Positions 18,610 to 28,309 of a stretch of DNA of 64,000 nt are shown one piece after another. The stretch comes from Thermotogaceae bacterium. Its GTDB lineage: Bacteria > Thermotogota > Thermotogae > MWEM01. Where the stretch lies: NCBI GenBank assembly GCA_030445775.1, contig JASUTC010000001.1:28914-92913 (forward strand). The letters run 5' to 3'. Numbering within the stretch: position 1 is the first letter of the stretch; each line of letters opens with the position of its first letter. A program made the position numbers and the translations under genes. A model generated the notes under the pieces. That model searched no databases, was not told the DNA's origin, and saw nothing but the letters and a program-made list of their open reading frames with translations.

Positions 18610-19509
18610 ATGAAAGTAATCAAAAAAGAAAACCAAACAGAATTTATCAGTGATCTTTTAGATTCCTGTGAAAATACCGTTTCTTTTGAAGTTTATCCGC
18701 CTAAGAAAGGACAAAAAAAGCAATTTGAAATTATCAAAAACACAATCAATCGTTTAAAGGACCTCCATCCTGATTTTATTAGCGTCACTTACGGTCCGGG
18801 TGGAACAAATAAGGGCAAAGCGGTGGATATTTCAGAATACATTAAACAACACGATGTCAAGCCATTGGCACACCTAACATCTGTGGGTTACACAAAGGAA
18901 GATATTCCACCCCTTTTAGAGAAATTGCATTCAATAGGAGTTAAAAACATATTAGCTTTAAGAGGTGATGTCCCTCAAAATGTAAACTTTCCTCACGGCG
19001 CTTGGTGTGACTTTCGATATGCCAAAGACTTGATCAGTATGATAAAAAAGGACGGTAGATTTTGTATAGGAGCTGCTGCCTATCCTGAGGGACATCCTGA
19101 TTGTAAAGAATTAAGAATTAGCATCAATCATATGAAAGAAAAAATCGAAGCCGGAGCAGATTTTTTTATTTCACAGATGTTTTTCGACAATCAAATCTAT
19201 TTTGACTTTCTTGACCGGGTTAGAGGTGCAGGCATCCATAAACCTATAATACCCGGTATTATGCCTGTTTTAAGGGCAAAGCAAATCAATAAAATTCTCA
19301 GTTTATCTGATGCCTATGTTCCTAAAAAACTGGCTGAGGCCATCAATCTTTACAGTGATAACCCACAATCCATGGAAGCTTACGGAATTGAGTATGCATT
19401 GAGACAAATTGACGGATTAAAGCGCCAGGGCATCCGAAGATTTCATATTTATTCAATGAATCGTTGGGAGCAAGTTACAAAAATTGTCAAATTGGCTCAG
19501 TTAAAATAG
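18610..19509 (+). CDS. metF: 5,10-methylenetetrahydrofolate reductase
   Basis: 299 aa MTHFR TIM-barrel fold with the motifs ISVTYGPGG and ALRGD. Confidence 0.8.
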   Translation: MKVIKKENQTEFISDLLDSCENTVSFEVYPPKKGQKKQFEIIKNTINRLKDLHPDFISVTYGPGGTNKGKAVDISEYIKQHDVKPLAHLTSVGYTKEDIPPLLEKLHSIGVKNILALRGDVPQNVNFPHGAWCDFRYAKDLISMIKKDGRFCIGAAAYPEGHPDCKELRISINHMKEKIEAGADFFISQMFFDNQIYFDFLDRVRGAGIHKPIIPGIMPVLRAKQINKILSLSDAYVPKKLAEAINLYSDNPQSMEAYGIEYALRQIDGLKRQGIRRFHIYSMNRWEQVTKIVKLAQLK

Positions 19510-19520
19510 GGGGAATTTCA

Positions 19521-21902
19521 ATGACGAGAATTGAATTTTTAAAACGATTGGAGGATGGTCCTTTATACTTGGATGGATCATACGGCACTCAGTTTTTCAA
19601 AGCCGGTTATACTGACATTCCCGGAGAAATGCTGAATTTAAAAGCTCCTGAAGTAGTATTTGAATTGCAAAAAAAATACATTCAAGCAGGTAGCAATATT
19701 TTACTTACCAATACTTTTAGTGCTAATCGTATTAAACTTGCCTCATTAAAAATTGAAGAATACATTGATGAAATTAATAAACAAGGGGTTTTATTGGCCA
19801 AAAAGGCAGCTGGTAACAAGGCTTTTGTTTTTGGTGATATTTCCTCGACCGGGGAATTTCCACAACCGGTTGGGGATTTATCTTCAAGAAAGATCTATGA
19901 TGCCTTTTACGAGCAAGCTAAAATATTGGATCAATTTGGTGTTGACGGATTTATTGTTGAAACGATATCTGACTTAAAGGAATTAAAATTGGCAATTCTT
20001 GCGATTCGTGAGATTAACAACGAAAAGCCTTTAATCGCTCAAATGACCTTTGAAAAATCCGATCACCACCTGCAATCTCCAAGAAGTGTTACAGGAACTC
20101 CCGTTGAAGTCTTTGGAAATCTTATGAATGATTTGGACGTAGATGTGGTAGGAATTAACTGTACTTTAGGTCCAAAGGAAATCTACTCTGTCTTCGAAAA
20201 ACTTTCGCAATACACCGAAAAACCACTGAGTGTTGAACCAAATGCCGGTGATCCTGATCTCGTTAATGGTCGCCTGATGTATCGTATGACCCCTGATGAA
20301 TTTAGTGTTTACGCTGCAGATATGGTTTTTCAAGGTGCTTCCGTCATTGGGGGTTGTTGCGGAACAGGCCCCGAGCACATTGAAGCATTAAAAATTCTTG
20401 TGGATAAAAATCCTGATTTCGTTTATCACGAAGGTAAAAATAGAGCACGAGGCACCTATCAATTGAAGGATTGCATCAGTTTTCTCTCATCAAGGACTCA
20501 ATTGATTCCAGTTGAACCCTTTGCCCCGATAGGAGAAAGAATTAATCCAGCTTCAAAGAAGAGGTTTCAAGATGAAATAGAAAATTATGATTTTAAACGG
20601 ATATTAGATTTGGCAAAAGAACAAGAACTGGAAGGGGCAAAATTATTAGATATTAATTTTGGCATAGAAAAAATTTTGTCTCCCAAGCACTTTAAACAAG
20701 TTGTTATTGAATTGGATAAAATTTCCTCACTTCCATTATCATTCGATATTCAAACAAATAAATATTTAGAAGAGGCGCTTTTTGAATACCCGGCAAGGCC
20801 TCTCATAAATTCTGCCAGGGTAACGGAAAAAAGTCTCAACCGCAAAGCATCACTTTTAAAAAGACATGGGGGCATGTTGATCCTCCTTGCCATGGGAAAA
20901 GGAATACCTGAAACAGCTGAAGGTCGTTTTCATCAGATCATGGAAGGTATCAAAGAACTTGAACACCTTTCCATTTCCAGATTGAGAATTCTGGCTGATC
21001 CTTTGGTACTTTCCCTTGGCGCCGATAATGATCCAGCAGTTACTCTAAAAACCGTTGAAATGCTTCACAAAGAGGGCATAAAAACAACGATGGGCTTATC
21101 GAATCTTAGTTTTGGAATGCCAGAGCGTAAAGCAATTAACGCGGCTTTTCTTGCACAATCAATTAACAGGGGACTTGATAGTGCCATAATGAACACAGGT
21201 GACAGACAACTATTCTCAATTATGAAAGGATCATTAAAATTAAGAGGGCAAGATTTGATAGAGCCGCAACAGGTCGATACAAAAAATCCATTTGTCCGTT
21301 CTCTTTTAAATGGCGAAATTGAAAACCTTCATCATTTAATTGATGAAGAACTGAAATCAAAAAGTCCCTTAGAAATAAGTCAGCAAGTATTGGCAAAAGC
21401 CATGAATGAAATTGGTGAATTATATGCTGAAAAAATAATTTATCTTCCCCATTTAATACTGGCAGCTGATACCTCAAAACCAATATTCGAGCGCTTGAAT
21501 GAACTTTCTGATACAGCCATTCAATTTGTAGGAAGGGTTGTTTTAGCAACTGTTGAAGGGGATGTACACGATATTGGTAAAAAGATAGTAGGAACTGTGT
21601 TATCCGGTGGGGGTTTTGAAGTAATAGACATTGGAAAAGATAAAATTTCTAAAGAAATATTGGATGCCGTGAAGACTTACCAACCGGATATAGTGGGTTT
21701 ATCTGCTATGATGACAACGACGGTGGGGAAGGTAAAAGAGGTATCTGATCTTTTAAAACAAGAGGGAATTGATGTAAAGATAATTTCCGGTGGCGCTTCT
21801 ATGAATAAACGACTGGCTAAAGAATTTGGTTGCCAAGGGTATTCTGATGATGCTTCAGGAGCTTTAAAACTATGTAGAGAATTATTGAAAATCGAATCAT
21901 AA
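19521..21902 (+). CDS. metH: Cobalamin-dependent methionine synthase (Hcy-binding, pterin-binding and B12-binding domains; no activation domain)
   Basis: GGCCGTGPEH marks the Zn/Hcy site and GDVHDIGK is the DxHxxG B12 motif. The likely start is MTRIEFL at 19521, which has a ggggga RBS. The track ORF starts at 19464. Confidence 0.8.
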   Translation: MTRIEFLKRLEDGPLYLDGSYGTQFFKAGYTDIPGEMLNLKAPEVVFELQKKYIQAGSNILLTNTFSANRIKLASLKIEEYIDEINKQGVLLAKKAAGNKAFVFGDISSTGEFPQPVGDLSSRKIYDAFYEQAKILDQFGVDGFIVETISDLKELKLAILAIREINNEKPLIAQMTFEKSDHHLQSPRSVTGTPVEVFGNLMNDLDVDVVGINCTLGPKEIYSVFEKLSQYTEKPLSVEPNAGDPDLVNGRLMYRMTPDEFSVYAADMVFQGASVIGGCCGTGPEHIEALKILVDKNPDFVYHEGKNRARGTYQLKDCISFLSSRTQLIPVEPFAPIGERINPASKKRFQDEIENYDFKRILDLAKEQELEGAKLLDINFGIEKILSPKHFKQVVIELDKISSLPLSFDIQTNKYLEEALFEYPARPLINSARVTEKSLNRKASLLKRHGGMLILLAMGKGIPETAEGRFHQIMEGIKELEHLSISRLRILADPLVLSLGADNDPAVTLKTVEMLHKEGIKTTMGLSNLSFGMPERKAINAAFLAQSINRGLDSAIMNTGDRQLFSIMKGSLKLRGQDLIEPQQVDTKNPFVRSLLNGEIENLHHLIDEELKSKSPLEISQQVLAKAMNEIGELYAEKIIYLPHLILAADTSKPIFERLNELSDTAIQFVGRVVLATVEGDVHDIGKKIVGTVLSGGGFEVIDIGKDKISKEILDAVKTYQPDIVGLSAMMTTTVGKVKEVSDLLKQEGIDVKIISGGASMNKRLAKEFGCQGYSDDASGALKLCRELLKIES

Positions 21903-22023
21903 GTCGATAATATTGTAGAAACTCATGCGTTTCCTGATGATGTTATAATGATGAGGTGTGGAATAACAAAAAAATTATTTTGATTCTTGGTTATTCCGTA
22001 TAGATTGAATATGAGGCGATTTA

Positions 22024-22497
22024 ATGAGGGTCAATCCTCCAAATAGTTCTATCGACAAAGATAAAAAAGCTGAAAAAGCAAAGAAGAAAAGATTAAAAGG
22101 GTCCTCTTCAAAAACAGAAAACACAGATACTTGGTCAGGCTTTATTGATATGTTAGGAGAGGTAAAACTCGATCAGATTGAGGAGGAGGCAAAAAAATAT
22201 CTTCAATACGTATTAACTGCAGGAAATAGATTTTCCAGATCTCCTACACACAAGCATTTTCAAGGTTATCGTGATGCGTTAAAAAATTTTTTGCGGTTTA
22301 TAGAAAAAGGGCTTTATAAAGTAAAAGAAGATATGGGAATGGATGTTGATTATCCCAAATTGTACATGGTGGCAGAAAAAGTGGATGAGAAGATACACCA
22401 TCTTGCCGGTCTTTTGATGGAGAATGAAAAAAACACCATAAATTTTGCAGGGAAGGTTGAAGAGATTAACGGTCTCGTTTTAGATTTATACAGATGA
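22024..22497 (+). CDS. YaaR/DUF327-family protein
   Basis: The C-terminus ...EEINGLVLDLYR is YaaR-like and the gene keeps its position upstream of holB, as in Firmicutes. Confidence 0.6.
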   Translation: MRVNPPNSSIDKDKKAEKAKKKRLKGSSSKTENTDTWSGFIDMLGEVKLDQIEEEAKKYLQYVLTAGNRFSRSPTHKHFQGYRDALKNFLRFIEKGLYKVKEDMGMDVDYPKLYMVAEKVDEKIHHLAGLLMENEKNTINFAGKVEEINGLVLDLYR

Positions 22498-23630
22498 TAA
22501 ACTCAAAGATTATTGTAGATAGTGTAAAAGAAATATACAAACCGGAGTTAAAAAAGCTCTTTTCATTGGCTAATTCCAATCTGATCCCCGCAATTTGCTT
22601 AAGTGGAACCGATGAAAAACTATTAAGATTTATAATGGAGTTGTTTTTAATTGAATATGAGAAAAAGACTTATAATGAGATTTTTAACAGTAATGATTTC
22701 TATGAAATCGAAGTGAATTCCGAAATTATAAAAATTGATGACATCCGAAAACTGATTAAGTTTTCCACACTGAAAAAAGAAACCCTTAAGCATAAATATA
22801 CCGTTATCAAAAATATAGAAAAAGCCAATATATATGCACAAAATTCTCTTTTAAAGGTCATTGAAGAACCCGGAAATGATACGTTGTTTCTTTGCTCCAC
22901 TTGTTTTTATACCACTTTGTTAAACACGATAAGAAGCCGTTTGTTTCGGATTAATATTCCAAATAAACCTTTAAAGGATTTAGAACCGTATTTTTGTGAT
23001 GAAATCAGGTGGTTGGCGAATATTTCTTTTGATGTTTTACTTGAGTTTTCCCAATTAACAAAAGCGGAGCAAAAACAATTAATTGCCTCTCTCAGAAATA
23101 AAAGTTTAAATGAAATGACTGAGGATTTCATCAGAAGTTGTGGTGAATATGAATTGGAATTTGAAAACGGCATTTGTTTAAAAAACAAGGCATTGAAAAG
23201 ATTATACGCATTAATATTCTTTGAAAGATTGTTAAAGGATATCTTGTTTCACTCATCAGAAGAAGTCCAGCAGCTCTTGCTTTCTTTTAAATCAATTATC
23301 AATAAAAAAAGTCTGTATAAGGGGAGCAACGAAAATAATTCAACTACCGGTTTTAATAATGCCTTTTTCAAAGAGCTTTTCTCATTAACCGAAAAAATCC
23401 TATACATCATGCTGAACTTTCAAGAGGGGGCTTTATTAGGCTCTTTGAGTTATACCCAACTGACAACTCTTTGTCTAAAAAAAAACTTGGTGATGGAAAA
23501 AAATAAGATGCAAAGGTATATTGCTTTTTTAGAGAAAATTAAAAACTCTACACAAATATCGTTAAACAGTGAACTGCTGATGCTTAATTACCTCATATTG
23601 ACACAGAAAATATTTAAAGAAAGCGAGTGA
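22494..23630 (+). CDS. holB: DNA polymerase III delta-prime subunit-like clamp-loader protein with a degenerate P-loop
   Basis: The block NIYAQNSLLKVIEEPGNDTLFLCST...LNTIRSRL matches the delta-prime box. No intact GxxGxGK motif is present. Confidence 0.6.
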   Translation: MINSKIIVDSVKEIYKPELKKLFSLANSNLIPAICLSGTDEKLLRFIMELFLIEYEKKTYNEIFNSNDFYEIEVNSEIIKIDDIRKLIKFSTLKKETLKHKYTVIKNIEKANIYAQNSLLKVIEEPGNDTLFLCSTCFYTTLLNTIRSRLFRINIPNKPLKDLEPYFCDEIRWLANISFDVLLEFSQLTKAEQKQLIASLRNKSLNEMTEDFIRSCGEYELEFENGICLKNKALKRLYALIFFERLLKDILFHSSEEVQQLLLSFKSIINKKSLYKGSNENNSTTGFNNAFFKELFSLTEKILYIMLNFQEGALLGSLSYTQLTTLCLKKNLVMEKNKMQRYIAFLEKIKNSTQISLNSELLMLNYLILTQKIFKESE

Positions 23631-23634
23631 AAAA

Positions 23635-24510
23635 ATGGGAATGATTGCAAAGATTTACGAGGTGGAATTCCTTGAATTTGGAAAAAAATATTATTTCTCT
23701 TATGAAGGGCAATTAGAAAGAGGAGCAAAGGTTTTAGGTATGAGTTTTTTTGGACTTGATGTGGGAAAAGTTATAAAAGGGCCTGAAGAAGTCGATATAG
23801 AAAAGATTAATTTCGAAGTCAAGCCTCTCCTAAGACCTTTAACAAAAGAAGATCTCGAAACGGAACAAAAAAACAAAATAGATTCGGACGAAGCTTTTGA
23901 TATCTGCCAAGATAAAATTCATACCCTCGAATTGCCCATGAAATTGTTAAAGGCTCAGTATATGTTTGATCGTTCTAAACTCCTTTTCTACTTTAGTGCA
24001 GAAGGGAGGGTTGATTTTAGAGAATTGGTAAAAGAACTAGCACATTGTTTTAAAACACGTATAGAACTTAGACAAGTTGGGGTGCGAGATGAATTAAAGT
24101 TTATCGGAAGCATCGGCATGTGTGGACAACCCGTTTGTTGCAGAAGATTCAAACGAGAATTCGATAAAATAACCCTTAGAGATGCAAAAAGGCAGCAAAT
24201 GATGATTAATCCTGCAAAGATATCCGGACAATGTAAACGCCTACTATGTTGTTTAAAATATGAATTAGATAACTATGAAGAGATATTGGCTGATATTCCA
24301 GACCCGGGAAGTGTTATTCAATACAACGAAGAGGTTTGTAAAGTCAATGGATGCAATATATTCAAGGAAATTGTTTCCGCTTCAACAGATGATGGTAACA
24401 AGCGAGAGATTCTCTTTGACTATTTTAGGGAAAGAAAGGATTCAATTATTTCAAAACCGATATCATCTGATGATGACCTCGAAGAATTGCCTGATGAAGA
24501 AGAGGAATGA
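23635..24510 (+). CDS. PSP1 C-terminal domain protein (YaaT-like)
   Basis: The PSP1 core is RVDFRELVKELA...TRIELRQVGVRDE. The protein has an acidic tail. Confidence 0.75.
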   Translation: MGMIAKIYEVEFLEFGKKYYFSYEGQLERGAKVLGMSFFGLDVGKVIKGPEEVDIEKINFEVKPLLRPLTKEDLETEQKNKIDSDEAFDICQDKIHTLELPMKLLKAQYMFDRSKLLFYFSAEGRVDFRELVKELAHCFKTRIELRQVGVRDELKFIGSIGMCGQPVCCRRFKREFDKITLRDAKRQQMMINPAKISGQCKRLLCCLKYELDNYEEILADIPDPGSVIQYNEEVCKVNGCNIFKEIVSASTDDGNKREILFDYFRERKDSIISKPISSDDDLEELPDEEEE

Positions 24511-24513
24511 TAG

Positions 24514-25128
24514 ATGCCTGAAATAAAAAACGATCATTATTATTCTAAATCACCTAAATCAAAATTAAACGTCAAACAAACAACCATTCAGTTGAAAAAT
24601 GGTCACATTTACAAATTTAAAAGCCCTTCGGGAGTTTTTGCATACGGGAAAGCAAACAGAGCTACAGAATGCTTTTTAAATAACGTTAAAATTACGGGAA
24701 AGGATTTACTGGATCTGGGGTGTGGGTATGGAACAGTGGGGATAGTCACATTAAAAGAAAATCCATTCATTCGGTTATTTATGAGCGATATTAACGAAAG
24801 GGCTGTCAGGTTTGCTAAAGAAAATGCTTTAAATTACAACCTTGAAGTTGAAATCAAATCTGGCCATTTATTTGAACCCTGGAAGGATTATATGTTTGAT
24901 ATGATTTTTTTTAACCCACCACTGGCAGCCGGAAAAGAGGTATGGATGGATGCAGTTAAATGTTCCTACAGTCATATTAGAGAAAACGGAACCATTCAAA
25001 TTGTGGCTTACCATAATAAGGGCGGTAAGAGAATCATGACGTATATGAAAGAAGTTTTTTCAAATGTAAAAACACTTGTTAAAAGTGGTGGCATAAGGGT
25101 CTATTTATCCGAAAGGCTAAAACAATGA
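24514..25128 (+). CDS. Class I SAM-dependent methyltransferase (MTS small domain, RsmC/TrmN6-like)
   Basis: DLGCGYGTVG is methyltransferase motif I and FNPPLAAGKE is the N-methyltransferase (D/N)PPF-type motif. Confidence 0.65.
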   Translation: MPEIKNDHYYSKSPKSKLNVKQTTIQLKNGHIYKFKSPSGVFAYGKANRATECFLNNVKITGKDLLDLGCGYGTVGIVTLKENPFIRLFMSDINERAVRFAKENALNYNLEVEIKSGHLFEPWKDYMFDMIFFNPPLAAGKEVWMDAVKCSYSHIRENGTIQIVAYHNKGGKRIMTYMKEVFSNVKTLVKSGGIRVYLSERLKQ

Positions 25129-26171
25129 AAAAAACGGTTGTCTTCTTTTACGTTTTATTGGGAATCATTATCTTGGGAACTTTGTCTTTCCTTCTTTTGG
25201 AAAGAGGTGAAAGGCTAAAAATAATCTATTCAATTCAAAATACAAATATCATTCACGACCTTGAAGACAATGGGAGCATTTACCAAGGGATTTTAAACAA
25301 CACACAGTTGCCAGCGGATCGTTTAGATTATGAGGTTAATTACTTTGAGACTTATACAGATTTTGAAAACCTATTAAGTAAGACAATAAAACCACGGGCA
25401 TCAAATGTAGTATTATGCGATTTTGACAAACAAGAGACCTATGAGACTTTTTTAAAGGAAAATAAGTATACTTCTCCGCTATATATCACATCTTATGTTG
25501 GTGATAAAATTACAAATAATCAGCAGAAGGATATACTTTATCTTTTTCCTTCTACAGAAATAATAGCCAATGCTATTAATCAACTGTTTGGCTTAAATGA
25601 CAATCACACAATTCTGTTAATCAACAATCAGGTAAATACACATAGAAATGCCATTTTTCAAGAAAAATTAAAGGGTCAAAAAACAATTGTAAAAGTTGTA
25701 GAAGAAAATGAATTTCAAGATTCCATCAACTCAATTGGTGATATTCTTTCAAAAGAAAATCCTGATTATATTTTAATTGACTTGAATGAAAAATCAACCA
25801 TCGCATTATTAGAAAAGATTGTTGGGTTTCCAAGGGATAAAATCATCTTAATGTTTGAAAATACAAGTCAACGGTTAGCATATTATGCCGGATCAAATTC
25901 TTACGGTGTAAACGGCATCGCTTTTAAAAATCCCGCAGAAATAATGGGGTTTGGTAACAAAACGAGTCTTTTAAAAATGGTAACTCAAACACTTGCTCAA
26001 TGTTTTGTGAAATACAAAAAAGCCGATATAAACTCCTTGAAACAATATTTGTATGAGAACCCAAACACACCGTTTCATCTAAAGGATCAGTCAATAAGTA
26101 CACCAATCTATAAAGTAACTTTTACGGAGCGAGGTTTGAGGGTTATAGATAAAATAGATACTTTGAAATGA
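25125..26171 (+). CDS. Membrane-anchored extracytoplasmic protein of unknown function
   Basis: An N-terminal signal anchor VVFFYVLLGIIILGTLSFLLL is followed by about 310 aa with periplasmic-binding-protein-like character. Each end shows a 4-nt translational-coupling overlap with its neighbour. Confidence 0.5.
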   Translation: MKKTVVFFYVLLGIIILGTLSFLLLERGERLKIIYSIQNTNIIHDLEDNGSIYQGILNNTQLPADRLDYEVNYFETYTDFENLLSKTIKPRASNVVLCDFDKQETYETFLKENKYTSPLYITSYVGDKITNNQQKDILYLFPSTEIIANAINQLFGLNDNHTILLINNQVNTHRNAIFQEKLKGQKTIVKVVEENEFQDSINSIGDILSKENPDYILIDLNEKSTIALLEKIVGFPRDKIILMFENTSQRLAYYAGSNSYGVNGIAFKNPAEIMGFGNKTSLLKMVTQTLAQCFVKYKKADINSLKQYLYENPNTPFHLKDQSISTPIYKVTFTERGLRVIDKIDTLK

Positions 26172-27964
26172 CGAGGGAGAAAATGAAAGACAAAAAAGAA
26201 TTTGTGAAAATAACGTATAATAATGTAAGAATCATTTGGATTTTAATTTATTTAGTTTATATGTTTTTCTACGGTTTTACGAGTTATGAAGCCATCAATC
26301 AAAAACTTGACGGTCGAACTACTTATCTTGTTAATCTTTTCAACACACTTTACAATCAAAACGCTATTCAAATGATTTCAAATCCCGAAAATTTTAAAAG
26401 GGTCTTGGTTTCAGATATTGAAGGTGAAGTGCTGCTTCAATATGGGGAACTCATTCCGGCATTAACAAACCTGGAATACAATGTTCTATTTAGTCAATTG
26501 CAAACTGATAAGATTGCGCTTTCAGAGTTTTATTATGATCCTGTCATTGACGAGATTTGTTTTGATATGGGGATTATTGAAAAAAACAGAGTATACATTG
26601 GAACCCTTTCTGCTGAAAAGTTTTTACGTGATAACCTTGAAAACTTAGAAATGGATCATTTTTTAATTTTTGATCCACATTTCAACGGATATATTTACAA
26701 AAACGGAAATATTGCATCTGTTAATTACTTTAATAAAGATCAAATTAGCTGGATAAATGAATCTCTTTTCTTATCCGATAAAACCCTTTATTTATGTCAT
26801 TGGGACAAGCTGAATAATTATCAATACATCACCTATATTCCTTTCATGAAAACCGTATTCCCATTATTTATTTATTCTGTTATTCCGTTTATCTTAGGTC
26901 TCCTGACAATATTTTGGATAGAAAATATGGAAAAAAGAAAAAGCGAACGGAACCGATATGAAATGGAAAGACAACTCTCTCTGATTATTAAAAACAACAA
27001 AGTTCCCAATATGCTACAAAAAAGCCATGATGACTTTAACAGTGATTTATTCAGAAAGCTGAATGATAAATTCGTCAATGCTGAAAAACAAAGAAAGGAT
27101 ATGAAAAGATATGTAGAGAGACTTTCTTTTAACTCTGAACAGTTATTGGAAGTAAAAAATGATTTGGAGTATCTGGAAAAATTCTTTTGTAATCTAATGG
27201 ATCAAGATGAATTTGATTTTTCAGAAGCAATAAAAATGCTTTTTAGAATCGTATTTGAAAAAACAGGATCCTTTAGCTCTTTAAAATTGAGGGTCAACAA
27301 TCAAACTATCTTTAATCAAGAAAGAGAAAATGATATAACTCAAACTGCTGGACCTGATGAAAGTGCCTTTAACAGCTTGGAATTGGGAAGACATACCATC
27401 AAGTATTATCTTGATTTAGATCCCATAAAAACAGGCGAATTTTCAAATATTCGAATGCGTTTGTTTGAAATTCTCTCCAGATATATTGCCTTGATCTATT
27501 CTGTAAAAAGAGGATTAAATCCGGCTGAATTAAGCTTAACTAAAAATTTTTCAATTTTCAGTGAAATGGTGAATCGAGAGATCGAAAAAGTCAAACGTTA
27601 TCATGAAAAGGGAATGTTGTTTTATTTAGATATACTCAATTATTCTCGGATCAAAGAAAAATATGGGATATCGGTTGCAAAGATTCTGTTAAAAAGAATC
27701 TCAGAGATTATTATATCAAAAGTCAGAACAAGTGATATCGTTGGTATATACAGAGAAGGTACATTTTTGGTCTACTTTTGCAATTTGGATATAAGTGACG
27801 CAAAGATAAAAATAGAAAAAATCTGTAATAACATCTACAATGATGAGAAAATTAAACAAATCGGAATCAATATAGAGCTTAAAAATTCAATCGTGTCAGT
27901 TGAAAAAGACATCCAAGATTTTGATGATTTACTCTTAAAATGTTTAAAATCAGACAAAAAATGA
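26168..27964 (+). CDS. Two-TM membrane sensor protein with a degenerate (likely inactive) GGDEF domain
   Basis: TM1 IIWILIYLVYMFFYGF, an extracytoplasmic domain of about 190 aa, and TM2 FPLFIYSVIPFILGLLTIFWI. The C-terminus reads YLDILNYSRIKEKYG...RTSDIVGIYREGTFLVYF. This preserves the GGDEF fold pattern but carries REGTF in place of GGDEF. Confidence 0.6.
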   Translation: MTREKMKDKKEFVKITYNNVRIIWILIYLVYMFFYGFTSYEAINQKLDGRTTYLVNLFNTLYNQNAIQMISNPENFKRVLVSDIEGEVLLQYGELIPALTNLEYNVLFSQLQTDKIALSEFYYDPVIDEICFDMGIIEKNRVYIGTLSAEKFLRDNLENLEMDHFLIFDPHFNGYIYKNGNIASVNYFNKDQISWINESLFLSDKTLYLCHWDKLNNYQYITYIPFMKTVFPLFIYSVIPFILGLLTIFWIENMEKRKSERNRYEMERQLSLIIKNNKVPNMLQKSHDDFNSDLFRKLNDKFVNAEKQRKDMKRYVERLSFNSEQLLEVKNDLEYLEKFFCNLMDQDEFDFSEAIKMLFRIVFEKTGSFSSLKLRVNNQTIFNQERENDITQTAGPDESAFNSLELGRHTIKYYLDLDPIKTGEFSNIRMRLFEILSRYIALIYSVKRGLNPAELSLTKNFSIFSEMVNREIEKVKRYHEKGMLFYLDILNYSRIKEKYGISVAKILLKRISEIIISKVRTSDIVGIYREGTFLVYFCNLDISDAKIKIEKICNNIYNDEKIKQIGINIELKNSIVSVEKDIQDFDDLLLKCLKSDKK

Positions 27965-27987
27965 TAAAGGAGCACGCTCCTTTATCA

Positions 27988-28239
27988 TTAAACATTCAGC
28001 ATACTATCTATTCTACCTCTGTTAAAGCCTACTATAACTTGATTACCAATTTCAATAACGGGTACACCCATTTGTCCTGTTTTTTTGACCATTTTTTCAG
28101 CCGCAGACTTGTCTTTGGAAACATCGTAATTTTTAAAGGGAATACCCAGTTCCTTAAAATATCTTTTTGCCGATGTACAATGAGGACAACTGGGAGTTGA
28201 GTAAATAACAATCTTTTTGTGCATAAAAAACACCTCCAT
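27988..28239 (-). CDS. Glutaredoxin-like small redox protein (YruB/NrdH-like)
   Basis: 83 aa with a CPHC active site and the GVPVIEIG..VIVGF block of the thioredoxin fold. Confidence 0.7.
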   Translation of the reverse strand: MEVFFMHKKIVIYSTPSCPHCTSAKRYFKELGIPFKNYDVSKDKSAAEKMVKKTGQMGVPVIEIGNQVIVGFNRGRIDSMLNV

Positions 28240-28309
28240 ATTTATACCCCATTAGGGTATAATAAATGACGAAGTTTATTATAAAATATTTCAACATCAA
28301 GGAGAAAAA

